Below are positions 8,211 through 17,509 of a DNA stretch of 27,617 nucleotides, piece after piece. The DNA lies in NCBI GenBank assembly GCA_051439625.1, contig JBFRWO010000181.1, positions 1-27,617 of the forward strand. The letters run 5' to 3'. The position numbers and the translations under genes are program-made. The notes beneath the pieces were generated by a model that worked only from the letters and a program-made list of their open reading frames with translations, was not told where the DNA came from and did no database searches. Source of the DNA: Crocosphaera sp. (lineage in GTDB: Bacteria; Cyanobacteriota; Cyanobacteriia; Cyanobacteriales; Microcystaceae). Every line of letters starts with the position of its first letter. Position 1 is the stretch's first letter.

Positions 8211-8930
8211 TTAACTGCCTTCTGCGAGGTTTAAATCTCGTAAGGCACTAATATCGACTTGAATCGAGGGTCCCATTGTAGCAGAGACAAAGATACTACG
8301 CCAGTAGCGACCTTTTGCTCCAGAGGGACGTTGTCTGTCGATAGTTTCTTGTAAGGCTTTGAGATTAGCCAGCAAGTCTTCGGGGGAAAATGATGCCTTT
8401 CCAAACATAACATGAACAATGCCTGTTTTATCGGCCCTAAATTCTAATTTCCCGGCCTTAAATTCATTAATAGCGGTTTCCAGATCAGCCGTGACGGTTC
8501 CCCCTTTAGGAGAAGGCATCAAACCACGGGGACCGAGTAAACGCCCTAATTTAGCGACTTTAGGCATCATATCAGGGGTGGCAATTAATACCTCGAAATC
8601 CATCATTCCTTTTTGGATTTCATCGATCAATTCTTCGGAACCAACCAAGTCAGCCCCGGCGTTACTGGCTTCTTGGACTTTTTCCCCTCTAGCAATGACA
8701 GCAACTCTAATTTCTTGCCCGGTGCCTTTGGGAAGAGAAACAGTTGTCCGTAACTGTTGGTCAGTATATTTGGGGTCGATACCAAGACGAATATGGGCTT
8801 CTGCTGATTCGCTAAACTTAGCTGTAGCCGTTTCTTTGAGGAGTGTTAAGGCTTCTAACGGCTCATAAACTCGCTCTTGGTCGATCTTTGATAAGGCTTC
8901 TTTGATGCGTTTTGAGAGTTTTTTGGGCAT
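8211..8930 (-). CDS. rplA: 50S ribosomal protein L1
   Basis: 239 aa L1-family sequence. Position in the rplKAJL cluster. Confidence 0.95.
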   Translation of the reverse strand: MPKKLSKRIKEALSKIDQERVYEPLEALTLLKETATAKFSESAEAHIRLGIDPKYTDQQLRTTVSLPKGTGQEIRVAVIARGEKVQEASNAGADLVGSEELIDEIQKGMMDFEVLIATPDMMPKVAKLGRLLGPRGLMPSPKGGTVTADLETAINEFKAGKLEFRADKTGIVHVMFGKASFSPEDLLANLKALQETIDRQRPSGAKGRYWRSIFVSATMGPSIQVDISALRDLNLAEGS

Positions 8931-8987
8931 AGTTTCTCCTGGGGTACTAACGAAGCTTAGCTTCTCCCTCCTGGGTTAATTTTACAA

Positions 8988-9413
8988 TTAATCTTTGATG
9001 GTAACACCCATGTTACGGGCGGTTCCTTCCACAATATTCATGGCTGCGTCAATGTCGTTAGCATTGAGATCCGGCAGTTTGGTTTGAGCGATTTCTTTGA
9101 GTTGATCACGGGTAATACTTCCCACCTTTTGGTTATTGGGTTGGGCTGATCCCTTTTCGATGCCGGCTGCTTTACGAATTAATACAGACGCTGGAGGAGT
9201 TTTGAGGATAAAGGTAAAACTACGATCCTCAAAAACCGAAATCTCTACAGGAATAACCATTCCTGCTTTATCGGAGGTTTTGGCGTTGTATTCTTTACAA
9301 AACGCCATGATATTGACCCCGTGTTGACCCAAGGCAGGACCAACAGGGGGGGCAGGGTTAGCCTTTCCGGCAGGAAGGGCTAGTTTAATTAAGGCAACAA
9401 CTTTCTTGGCCAT
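8988..9413 (-). CDS. rplK: 50S ribosomal protein L11
   Basis: 141 aa, [43 protein letters not shown]. Classic L11. Confidence 0.95.
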   Translation of the reverse strand: MAKKVVALIKLALPAGKANPAPPVGPALGQHGVNIMAFCKEYNAKTSDKAGMVIPVEISVFEDRSFTFILKTPPASVLIRKAAGIEKGSAQPNNQKVGSITRDQLKEIAQTKLPDLNANDIDAAMNIVEGTARNMGVTIKD

Positions 9414-9415
9414 CG

Positions 9416-10036
9416 CTAATTTTGCTTCTCAACTTGGTTAAATTCGAGTTCAACTGGGGTATCTCGTCCGAAAATAGACAATAATGCCCTCAGTTTGTTG
9501 CGTTCAGAACTAACCTCCACCACTTCTCCTTCAAAATCTTTAAATGGCCCTGAGAGTACCAGAATTTTGTCACCGATTTCCATATCGATCTTAACAAGGG
9601 GTTCTGGCTGTTCTGCCTGGCGAAAGATTCTTTCTACTTCTGAAGGACTCAAAGGAAGAGGTTTAACGTGACCACGGCCTCTACCATAAGCGCGCCGTTG
9701 TTCTGAACCCACAAAGTTGATAACGTTGGGGGTATTTTTCACCACTAACCAAGCATCATCATCCATAATCATCCTCACTAATACGTAGCCAGGAAAAACT
9801 TTTTCTTCCAATTGTTGACGGCTTCCGTCTTTACGGACTTTCACCGTTGGTGTTTTGGGAATCTGAATCTGTAAGATTCGATCCGCTACATCCAGGGTTT
9901 GAATCCGTTGTTCTAGGTTGTTTTTGACTCGTTTTTCACAACCAGAGGCCACCTGTACGGCATACCACCGCGCTACCAATTTGGGTTTTTCTTGTTGCTG
10001 TTCTGGTTCGGATGCGTGATCGTGAGCAAAACTCAT
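9416..10036 (-). CDS. nusG: Transcription termination/antitermination factor NusG
   Basis: NGN and KOW regions (WYAVQV..., [21 protein letters not shown]). The likely start is the ATG at 10036 ([11 protein letters not shown]...), overlapping the secE stop as TAATG. The ORF track's longer start at 10060 would overlap secE by 25 nt. Confidence 0.9.
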   Translation of the reverse strand: MSFAHDHASEPEQQQEKPKLVARWYAVQVASGCEKRVKNNLEQRIQTLDVADRILQIQIPKTPTVKVRKDGSRQQLEEKVFPGYVLVRMIMDDDAWLVVKNTPNVINFVGSEQRRAYGRGRGHVKPLPLSPSEVERIFRQAEQPEPLVKIDMEIGDKILVLSGPFKDFEGEVVEVSSERNKLRALLSIFGRDTPVELEFNQVEKQN

Positions 10037-10263
10037 TAAAATACCTTCCCGGATCCCCACGAAAATAGGTTATCTACAAGATAAATAACAGTAGCTACCA
10101 GACTAACCATTAAAATAACTGCGGCTGATTCGCTTAAGAGTTGCTGTCTTGATGGCCAAACGACTTTAGCCAGTTCTTCTTTGGTCTCAACCACAAGATT
10201 ATTGGTTTTGGTTTCGCCTTTGGTTTGTTTTGTATCTTTTTTAGAGCCTTCTTGTCTAACCAC
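10036..10263 (-). CDS. secE: Preprotein translocase subunit SecE
   Basis: 75 aa with a single C-terminal TM helix (AAVILMVSLVATVIYLVD). Immediately upstream of nusG, the conserved order. Confidence 0.85.
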   Translation of the reverse strand: MVRQEGSKKDTKQTKGETKTNNLVVETKEELAKVVWPSRQQLLSESAAVILMVSLVATVIYLVDNLFSWGSGKVF

Positions 10264-10880
10264 GGTGATCTCTTCTCAACATAAAATTACAGTATCTAAC
10301 TACTGTACTGGATTTTTGAGTGATGACTGGGGTAATCTTTCCAGTTGAACTCGAACTATCAGTATAACCTAGAATTTAATCTTTTGTTACTGATTTGTGT
10401 GAAGTACCCCAACTTGCTTAGCTGAAGTTGGGGCTTCCCAACACCAGATCAAATCAAGGACGGTTTTATTCGTCTCTGAGGCTTCCCGTCTCATTGGCCG
10501 TGGCCTCCATAAGATAAGTCTTATCTCGGTCTTACACCGCCTCCACAGGCAGACTCCCTGCTTCTGTCGGAGTTATTACTTTTAGTCGAGATTGCACTTT
10601 GGACTTATGCTATTGCTGCCTACTTTGCTATTCTTGTACAATCTTTTCGCCGATCTGCCGCCGAGTACATACTTTATACGCAATGGGTGGCCTCTTAGTC
10701 GGTCGGGCGGGTCGCAACCAGTAACTAGGATAGCACAGAACAAGAATAAGTAGAGGCTACGCCGTTTATATTTTGGTCGGACATTCACCCCTAACCTATA
10801 GAGGAATAGGGAATTCTGCCCGACATTCGGTTAAATTAGGGTTAAAGGCAAGATAAATTTGTCTTGCTTTTCCCATTGAA

Positions 10881-10954
10881 TCGGAGCGGCGGGATTTGAA
10901 CCCACGACCCCTACTACCCCAAAGTAGTGCGCTACCAAGCTGCGCTACGCCCCG
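10881..10954 (-). tRNA. tRNA-Pro (anticodon GGG)
   Basis: Manual fold of the reverse complement: acceptor CGGGGCG/CGCTCCG, D-arm GCGC..GCGC, anticodon stem CTACT/AGTAG with loop TTGGGGT (anticodon GGG), T-arm GTGGG-TTCAAAT-CCCGC, discriminator A. CCA is not encoded. Confidence 0.85.
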
Positions 10955-11001
10955 ATGTTCACAGATTTCCATTATACACCTATTGTTTTGAAAAAGGCAA
11001 G

Positions 11002-11379
11002 TCAAAATGTGTTTAATTTTTGCATTTCTTCATATAACTCACTCACAACCTCGGCCGGCCAGTTTCCTTCACACCTACGACCTTGATTTAAAATCACCCT
11101 CAAGGAATAACTTTGGGGAAACCCCTCTACTTCCAACCACAATAATTCACTTTCTGCCTCACAAGCTATTCTCTCTTCTTCCATCAATTCTTCAGCCATT
11201 ACCTTCATTGTTGTGGCTAGTTGCTCAAATAAACGACAAAAATCGGCAAATTCTGCCGATGTTAACTCTATAGCCCAATCTTCTCCTCCTATTAAACCAG
11301 GATAAGCAATGGCTTTTGTATTCCATCCTAGTCGCCATCCTGTCCCTTTTTTGAGTATGCGATCGCCCATTTTTATCAA
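11002..11379 (-). CDS. DUF1818-family protein (conserved cyanobacterial/plant protein of unknown function)
   Basis: 125 aa. The segment GWRLGWN...AIELTSAEFADFCRLFEQL...GRRCEGNWP resembles DUF1818 as I recall it. The real start may be the internal MGDR (ATG at 11370). Confidence 0.55.
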   Translation of the reverse strand: MIKMGDRILKKGTGWRLGWNTKAIAYPGLIGGEDWAIELTSAEFADFCRLFEQLATTMKVMAEELMEEERIACEAESELLWLEVEGFPQSYSLRVILNQGRRCEGNWPAEVVSELYEEMQKLNTF

Positions 11380-11411
11380 TTAATAATTAATAATTAACAA
11401 TTAACACTAAC

Positions 11412-12026
11412 TCAAGGTGTAAGTAGTTGCGCATCACCAGGCCGAGACAAACCAGGAGTTTCGGAAGTAGATTCTGGGGACGATGTACTTTCTGTTTCGT
11501 TGGGAATACCTTGATTAGTGGTGGTTTGTTGTTGAGGGTTATAAATTTCAACTAATAGGTCTACTAACTGTTGACGTTGACGACGACTTAGTTGACGCAT
11601 AACTTCGATATCTTTTGCTAGGGGATTACTCGTTAAAGTAGATCCTGGATAGTTCGATTCTCGAATAGACTGATTGACCCCTAAATAATCTGCTAGGGTC
11701 ACTTTCCAGTCTAAAGGGTGTTGGGGAGAACGTCGTTTAAAGTCCTTGTGGTAACGGATAAAACGACCCATTAATGTGTGATTAGGGTTTATTTCTCCCG
11801 TTTCAGCACTATAATAGCCATTTTCTTTGGGAAGTTCAGGCAATCTCTCGTAAATAATCTCTGCTGCTTGTTCAGGTCGAAGATTTTGACCGTAAACACT
11901 TTTTATGCTCAAACCTTCAAACTGACTGAAGTTAAGCTGCATTACTCCCCAACTGACACTCAGACTGAGGAGAAAAACCCCTAACCATTTTTGGTTTTTC
12001 CTTGAGAGGACAAGTGTTTTTCTCAT
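11412..12026 (-). CDS. Hypothetical exported/membrane-anchored protein (N-terminal signal/TM, Ser/Thr/Pro-rich C-terminus)
   Basis: 204 aa ORF with a hydrophobic N-terminus (WLGVFLLSLSVSWGV). No recognised catalytic motif. Confidence 0.45.
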   Translation of the reverse strand: MRKTLVLSRKNQKWLGVFLLSLSVSWGVMQLNFSQFEGLSIKSVYGQNLRPEQAAEIIYERLPELPKENGYYSAETGEINPNHTLMGRFIRYHKDFKRRSPQHPLDWKVTLADYLGVNQSIRESNYPGSTLTSNPLAKDIEVMRQLSRRQRQQLVDLLVEIYNPQQQTTTNQGIPNETESTSSPESTSETPGLSRPGDAQLLTP

Positions 12027-12033
12027 CGTTTTT

Positions 12034-12273
12034 TTAGGATCTCACATCACTGATAATTTCTGGCTGAGTTAACTCATCAGACATTTCAATGATGGCACGG
12101 ACAGCCGGTTTCATGTGAGGATCATCAATACTATCAAACTCTTCATAACGACGACGTTTGGCGCGATTGGCTACTTGAACAGTTATCCGATAACGGTTAG
12201 AGGCTGCGTCTAATAATTCTTGTGCGCGATACATAACTTGAGAAGAATCAAAACCATGTTTTTTCTGCATCAT
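12034..12273 (-). CDS. rpoZ: DNA-directed RNA polymerase subunit omega
   Basis: [25 protein letters not shown]...[14 protein letters not shown] is the cyanobacterial RpoZ signature. Start placed at the ATG at 12273 (MMQKKH...), which has an AAGGAAA box 7 nt upstream. The ORF track starts 13 codons earlier. Confidence 0.8.
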   Translation of the reverse strand: MMQKKHGFDSSQVMYRAQELLDAASNRYRITVQVANRAKRRRYEEFDSIDDPHMKPAVRAIIEMSDELTQPEIISDVRS

Positions 12274-12347
12274 TATATTTTTCCTTTGTATGATGTGTTG
12301 GGTTGTATACAACAGCCTAACAAAATTTGCCGTTGCATCAGACTTGG

Positions 12348-12641
12348 TTAAGAGATGACGTTACGTTGACTAATCAGAGAAATAGCGCGGGTCACGCTTT
12401 CGGGAAAGACCACTACTAACCCTCCTTTATCCACCTTATCTAAGCCGTAATTGATCGCTTCTGTTTCGTCTAAAATGGCTTCATAATGGGCTTGAGGCTT
12501 TTCGCTTAAAAGACCCTTAATAATCAAATCAGCAGCTTCTCCACGATCGCGGCCTCGTTTATCGTCGTCTTCTTTAACAATAATGCGCTCGAACACCCGA
12601 GCAGCAATCTGACCTAAAAGAACTAAATCTTCATTGCGCTA
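12348..12641 (-). pseudogene. Diverged duplicate of the cphA 3' end (C-terminal 97 codons of cyanophycin synthetase). Gene fragment.
   Basis: Translation [96 protein letters not shown] aligns collinearly with the CphA C-terminus encoded at 13592-13885. Nucleotide identity is about 85% by eye. It is preceded by an in-frame TAG at 12639-12641. Confidence 0.75.
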
Positions 12642-12722
12642 GATATTCTTTCTGTTTTGGATCATGTTACCAAAAAATAGATAAAATTTACTTATATTTG
12701 ATAATGTAAAAAGTAAAAATGA

Positions 12723-13481
12723 TTGGTTTTTATGCTTTTAATTCCGCCTACCTACTTATATACTGGTAAAAGTGTTGTTAATTCAGAATTAGAGACATCT
12801 TCCAATTCAAAACATATGAAATATCAAAAACCTTATTGGAGTGGATTGATTGGTGTTATTTTTGGCTATGGAATTATAGGAGCAATATTAGTCTCATTTT
12901 CTTTTCCTTTATGGACTGGAATTATATGGACTATTTGGGCTTTATTAAGCAGTCTAATAGGGGCTATTGCGAACACTGAGGATTATAAAATCAATTATAG
13001 TAGCTCTCGTTTTTTATATGAATTAGTAACTTCATGTTTGTTTTTATATATTATAATTAGTATCTTTAAAACTATTCTTGGTATTCTATCTCCATTTATT
13101 CCGAAATACATCGTTATTTTCTGGATTATAATATATATTAGATATTATTTTTTGTGTTTGTCGTTTAACCATGATCCCCTTGGAACTTGCCTGCTAAGGT
13201 TAATCTCTATTTCATGTACCCTGTGGCAAATTTTTCTATTTAAAACAGTAGTTGGAACTTGGTCTTTATTTGGTTTTTGGGCTTTAATTACTTTAGGTTT
13301 TTTAATTGGTGCTACTATAAATTCTATCTCTATTGATAGTGTCTTTCAAGGGCGAAAATATATTGATTATTCTAATAATAAATTTATCTTCCAATTATCA
13401 ACATTTTTAATATTTTCTTTGACATCTCTGGGAGGACTAGGTTTAGGGGCTTTAATTGCATGGTTATGGAAAGACCATTAA
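12723..13481 (+). CDS. Hypothetical polytopic membrane protein encoded in a very AT-rich (about 30% GC by eye) inserted segment
   Basis: 252 aa ORF, extremely hydrophobic with multiple predicted TM segments. Its base composition is sharply lower in GC than the flanking cphA sequence. It is opposite in strand to its neighbours. Confidence 0.4.
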   Translation: MVFMLLIPPTYLYTGKSVVNSELETSSNSKHMKYQKPYWSGLIGVIFGYGIIGAILVSFSFPLWTGIIWTIWALLSSLIGAIANTEDYKINYSSSRFLYELVTSCLFLYIIISIFKTILGILSPFIPKYIVIFWIIIYIRYYFLCLSFNHDPLGTCLLRLISISCTLWQIFLFKTVVGTWSLFGFWALITLGFLIGATINSISIDSVFQGRKYIDYSNNKFIFQLSTFLIFSLTSLGGLGLGALIAWLWKDH

Positions 13482-13532
13482 TTTTAGAATGCCCAGAAAT
13501 TGTCTATGATTTATAGCTGATATAAAAGTTTA

Positions 13533-13559
13533 GGAAGTGCGATCGCTGACAACACTTCC
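13533..13559. terminator. Hairpin GGAAGTG-N13-CACTTCC between the inserted membrane-protein gene and the cphA stop. Possible bidirectional terminator.
   Basis: 7-bp perfect stem with a HIP1 site in the loop. T-rich on the plus side. Confidence 0.3.
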
Positions 13560-13591
13560 CCATTAAATTTAATTTTGATTTTGAGGTCATT

Positions 13592-16213
13592 TTATTGGAT
13601 GGGGTTCCGTTGATTAATCAGAGAAATAGCCCTGGTAACGGTTTCGGGGAAGACAACCACTAAACCTCCTTTATCCACCTTATCTAAGCCATAATTGATG
13701 GCTTCTGTCTCATCCAAAATAGCTTCATAATTGGCTTGAGGGTTTTCCTCTAAAATACCCTTAATAATGAGATCCGCCGCTTCACCACGATCGCGGCCTC
13801 GTTTATCGTCGTCTTCCTTAACAATAATGCGATCAAACACCCTGGCGGCGATTTGACCTAAGAGGACTAAATCTTCATCACGGCGATCGCCGGGGCCTCC
13901 TACCACCCCTAACCGTTGTCCTTGCCAATTTTTTACAAACTCTCCCACTGCTTCGTAACCGGCTGGGTTATGGGCATAATCTACTAAAGCGTGATGGTCT
14001 CCTAAATTAAAGAGATTCATGCGTCCGGGGGTTTGTTCTGCTGATGCGGTAAAAGTCCTCACCCCTTGTCTAATATCTTCGATGTCTACTCCTTGAGAAA
14101 AGGCAGCCAGACAGGCGGCCAAGGCATTAGCTATCATAAAGGGTGCCATTCCCCCCATAGTCATCGGTATATTAACCGCTTCTTCGATTCTCAGGGTAAA
14201 TTGTCCTTCTAGAATGGAAAGATAGCCATTCTCATAAACCGCCGCTAAACCATCTCGACGTAAATGGTTCTCGATAATTTCGTTGTCAGGGTTCATGGAA
14301 AAATAGGCTACTTTGCCCTTGACTTTTTCTGCCATAGCTGCCACCAAAGGATCATCGGCATTCAGTACCGCGTGACCTTCTGGGTGTACCACCTCAGCAA
14401 TAACCCCTTTGACCTGAGCCATTTGTTCGATAGTGTTGATGTCTCCTAATCCCAAATGATCGGCGGCCACGTTCAAGACAATACCCACGTCACAACTATC
14501 AAAGGCCAAACCCGATCGCAGGATGCCACCCCTAGCACTTTCTAAGACTGCCACTTCTACGGTGGGATCTTTCAAGATCATCGAGGCACTAAAAGGCCCG
14601 GTATTATCTCCTTTTTCTACTAAATAGTCCCCAATATAAACACCGTCCGTGCTGGTATATCCCACAACTTTACCTGTTTGACGGTAAATATGGGCGGTTA
14701 AACGGGTGGTAGTTGTTTTCCCATTGGTGCCTGTAATGGCGACTATAGGGACTCGACTGGGGGTATCGGGGGGAAATAGCATATCCATGACCGGGGCGGC
14801 TACATTGCGCGATAACCCTTGAGATGGGGCGACGTGCATCCGAAACCCGGGGGCTGCATTGACTTCTACAATCACCCCGTCTACGTCTCTGACGGGTTTG
14901 CTGATATCTGGGGTTACCACATCGATGCCCATTATGTCAAGGCCGATTATTTTGGCTACTCGTTCGGCCATCCAGAGGTTTTCTGGGTGGATCTCGTCGG
15001 TGCGATCGATGGCGATGCCACCTGTACTGAGGTTAGCTGTTGCCCGTAAATAGGCTATTTCTCCCTTATTTAAGACGGTTTCTAGGCGTAATCCTTGTTT
15101 TTCGAGGACAGCTAAGGAAGTTTTATCAACTTTAATCTTGGTTAAAACGTTATCGTGTCCTTCTCCCCGTCTGGGATCTTCGTTGGTGATGGAGATCAGT
15201 TCTTCGATGGTGTGTTGATCATCTCCCACCACATGGGCAGGAACCCGTTCTGCCACTGCTACCAATTTACCGTTAATCACCAATAAACGATGATCGCTGC
15301 CTTTATAAAACCGTTCGACAATAACTGTGCGAGTTTTTGACTCTTTGCTGGCGAGATCGTAGGCTTCTTTTGCGTCTTCCCAACTGTTAACATCGATGGT
15401 GATGCCCCGGCCATGATTACCGTCTAGGGGTTTAACGACTATGGGATAGCCCCCTACATCTGCGATCGCGCTTTCTAGTTCTTCAAAAAATTGGATGGTG
15501 GTGCCTCTGGGAACAGGAACCCCGGCATCTTGGAGGATGGTTTTGGTGCCTTCTTTATCACAGGCTAATTCTACGGCTAAAATACCGGAATATTCGCTGA
15601 GGGTGGCTTGAATACGTTTCTGATAGACCCCGTAACCTAACTGTACCATTGCCCTGGCACTGAGGGGCATCCAAGGGATATTTCTGGCTTCGGCTTCGGT
15701 AACGAGGGTTTGGGTAGAAGGTCCTAAAGCGGCATTGGCCTGTAAATCTCTGAGATCGCTGAGGTCTTGTTCTAGTTCTTGGTGGGGATAGCTTCCTGTC
15801 TCGACTATGGACTGACAGAGACGAACTGCTGCCCTTCCAGCATAACGGCCGGCTTGTTCATCGACATATTCAAAAACGACGTTATAGACCCCGGGTGTAG
15901 CGGTTTCTCTGGTACGACCAAACCCCACGGGCATTTTTGTTAATTCTTGTAATTCTAGGGCAACGTGTTCGATAATATGCCCCATATAAGTGCCTTTTTT
16001 CAATCTTTCCAAAAAGCCCCCTCGATGGCCAGGAGAACAATAATGTTCAACTAAGCTAGGAAGGATATCAACTAAGCCTTCGTAGAAGCCAGGAATCTCG
16101 TTTGAGGGTCTTTCTGCTAAGTTCTCCAAGTCGAGGCGCATAACAATTAGTTTTTTGCGCCTAATACTCCAATAGTTGGGACCGCGTAGGGTCAGGGTCT
16201 TTAATATTTTCAT
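13592..16213 (-). CDS. cphA: Cyanophycin synthetase
   Basis: About 873 aa. N-terminal ATP-grasp region, central and C-terminal Mur-ligase-like regions (VAITGTNGKTTTTRL). Start placed at MKILKTLTLRGPNYW (ATG at 16213). The ORF track's start at 16252 adds 13 aa. Confidence 0.95.
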   Translation of the reverse strand: MKILKTLTLRGPNYWSIRRKKLIVMRLDLENLAERPSNEIPGFYEGLVDILPSLVEHYCSPGHRGGFLERLKKGTYMGHIIEHVALELQELTKMPVGFGRTRETATPGVYNVVFEYVDEQAGRYAGRAAVRLCQSIVETGSYPHQELEQDLSDLRDLQANAALGPSTQTLVTEAEARNIPWMPLSARAMVQLGYGVYQKRIQATLSEYSGILAVELACDKEGTKTILQDAGVPVPRGTTIQFFEELESAIADVGGYPIVVKPLDGNHGRGITIDVNSWEDAKEAYDLASKESKTRTVIVERFYKGSDHRLLVINGKLVAVAERVPAHVVGDDQHTIEELISITNEDPRRGEGHDNVLTKIKVDKTSLAVLEKQGLRLETVLNKGEIAYLRATANLSTGGIAIDRTDEIHPENLWMAERVAKIIGLDIMGIDVVTPDISKPVRDVDGVIVEVNAAPGFRMHVAPSQGLSRNVAAPVMDMLFPPDTPSRVPIVAITGTNGKTTTTRLTAHIYRQTGKVVGYTSTDGVYIGDYLVEKGDNTGPFSASMILKDPTVEVAVLESARGGILRSGLAFDSCDVGIVLNVAADHLGLGDINTIEQMAQVKGVIAEVVHPEGHAVLNADDPLVAAMAEKVKGKVAYFSMNPDNEIIENHLRRDGLAAVYENGYLSILEGQFTLRIEEAVNIPMTMGGMAPFMIANALAACLAAFSQGVDIEDIRQGVRTFTASAEQTPGRMNLFNLGDHHALVDYAHNPAGYEAVGEFVKNWQGQRLGVVGGPGDRRDEDLVLLGQIAARVFDRIIVKEDDDKRGRDRGEAADLIIKGILEENPQANYEAILDETEAINYGLDKVDKGGLVVVFPETVTRAISLINQRNPIQ

Positions 16214-16454
16214 ACTCGCCGTTTCTCTAAAAAAGCACGCTTGAGGACACAAAAGCCATCCACTAATGATCTTCTCGTTTCATTAGGGTAAATAGCTGTT
16301 CAGATTGAACAGTTTTTATCAATTAATCATTAACAATTAACAATTGATTAATTCAAGGTTTTAAACTTCCTATTAAAAGGTTAAAAATCCCGGAAATTCT
16401 CTATTTTCAATCCTCTCACTTTGCCAGGAGAGGTTATTGTTCATTGTCAATTGT

Positions 16455-17318
16455 TTATTGTATTGGACTACTGATTTTCGCAATACATTGATGTTGATGG
16501 AGATGATAACAGTCTCCGTGAGATAAAATGTTGACTTTGAGGTTATGGAGACTTAACGGGTCTGTGGCCGGGATGTCTCCTTGGTTGGTGTAGGTGATGT
16601 CTCGACCATCAATAATGGTAACGGTTCCTTTGCCAACGATGCGCATGAGACCATCTCTCTCAAACAGGGCGCAGGTGTCTTCGTCGATACCAATGCCGAG
16701 TCTTTCGGGGTGAGTTGATAAGGCACTCAATAAACGGGACATTCGGTTGCGGTTATGAAAGTGCTGATCGACAATAATCTCGGGAATAATACCTAGTCCC
16801 ATGGCCATGTCCACTAAGGCCCGGTTGGGAGATTCTCCACTGCTGCCCCCGGCAATCATGTGATGTCCCATCACAGCCGCCCCGGCACTGGTTCCACCTA
16901 AGGTGATTTCTCCGAGTTGTACCCGTTGTCGTATCCGTTCCATTAAGGGGGTATCAGCTAATAGGCCACAGAGTCTGAGTTGATCTCCTCCTGTCATAAA
17001 TACGCCGGTACATTCTTCGACGTATTCCTTGAAGTAGGTATCATTTCCTTGGTCGCGATCGCGTATGTCTAAAACTTTAACGTATTTCGCTCCCATTTCT
17101 TCAAAGATACTCTGATATCTCTCCCCGATTAAAACGGGTTCTCTAGAAGCAGAGGGAATAATGGCTATGGTAGCATTGGTGCCACCGGAACGAAACCAAA
17201 AGGTGTGCAGAATTTCTTTACCATGCACTTTGTCTTCGGCGCCACCAATAACTAAAATGGCTGTGGTTGTGGGTTGGGACATGGGGCTTGGTTGGGATTG
17301 AGTGTCTAATTGCAACAT
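16455..17318 (-). CDS. cphB: Cyanophycinase (S51 peptidase)
   Basis: 287 aa with GGAEDK...FMTGGDQLRL...GGTSAGAAVMG motifs. Directly upstream of cphA, the canonical cphBA arrangement. Confidence 0.9.
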   Translation of the reverse strand: MLQLDTQSQPSPMSQPTTTAILVIGGAEDKVHGKEILHTFWFRSGGTNATIAIIPSASREPVLIGERYQSIFEEMGAKYVKVLDIRDRDQGNDTYFKEYVEECTGVFMTGGDQLRLCGLLADTPLMERIRQRVQLGEITLGGTSAGAAVMGHHMIAGGSSGESPNRALVDMAMGLGIIPEIIVDQHFHNRNRMSRLLSALSTHPERLGIGIDEDTCALFERDGLMRIVGKGTVTIIDGRDITYTNQGDIPATDPLSLHNLKVNILSHGDCYHLHQHQCIAKISSPIQ

Positions 17319-17509
17319 AATCTTATCTTTTTAGCCAAAGAAGGTTCGGTACTTTCGCGCTTGTTAGTCATAATAGGTATTAAGGGTAGATTATGCCAAC
17401 GTTAAGCTTTGGTACTTACTCAATTTTTGGCCCCGTTTCTCTAATCCATTTTAAGCTAGACTAGGCTCGGAAGAGTAAAATTAACATTATTTTTGTAAGT
17501 TTATACGGA

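Noticed and set aside
10264-10880. Tried to assign this region to RNase P RNA, tmRNA, SRP RNA or 6S RNA
   Set aside because: None of the hallmark strings I remember (for example GGAAAGTCCGG, GGGGCTGATTCTGGATTCGAC, GGAAGCAGCCAAGG) are present on either strand. Left as an unassigned candidate.
10881-10954. Expected tRNA-Trp upstream of secE, as in some bacteria
   Set aside because: The anticodon loop reads TTGGGGT (anticodon GGG) in a perfect 5-bp anticodon stem, so I call Pro. I could not support Trp from the sequence.
10582-11005. ORFs 10582-10788 (-) and 10796-11005 (-) in the tRNA/secE upstream region
   Set aside because: The second overlaps the tRNA-Pro gene. Both have Cys/Arg-rich improbable compositions typical of translated structured RNA or GC-rich non-coding DNA.
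11007-11273. 88-aa plus-strand ORF antisense to the DUF1818 gene
   Set aside because: Shadow ORF. The minus-strand product has the recognisable conserved family pattern.
16253-16454. Hairpin CCTCTC-N10-GAGAGG (16408-16429) as the cphB terminator
   Set aside because: There is no convincing U-run on the minus strand after it. Not listed as a feature.
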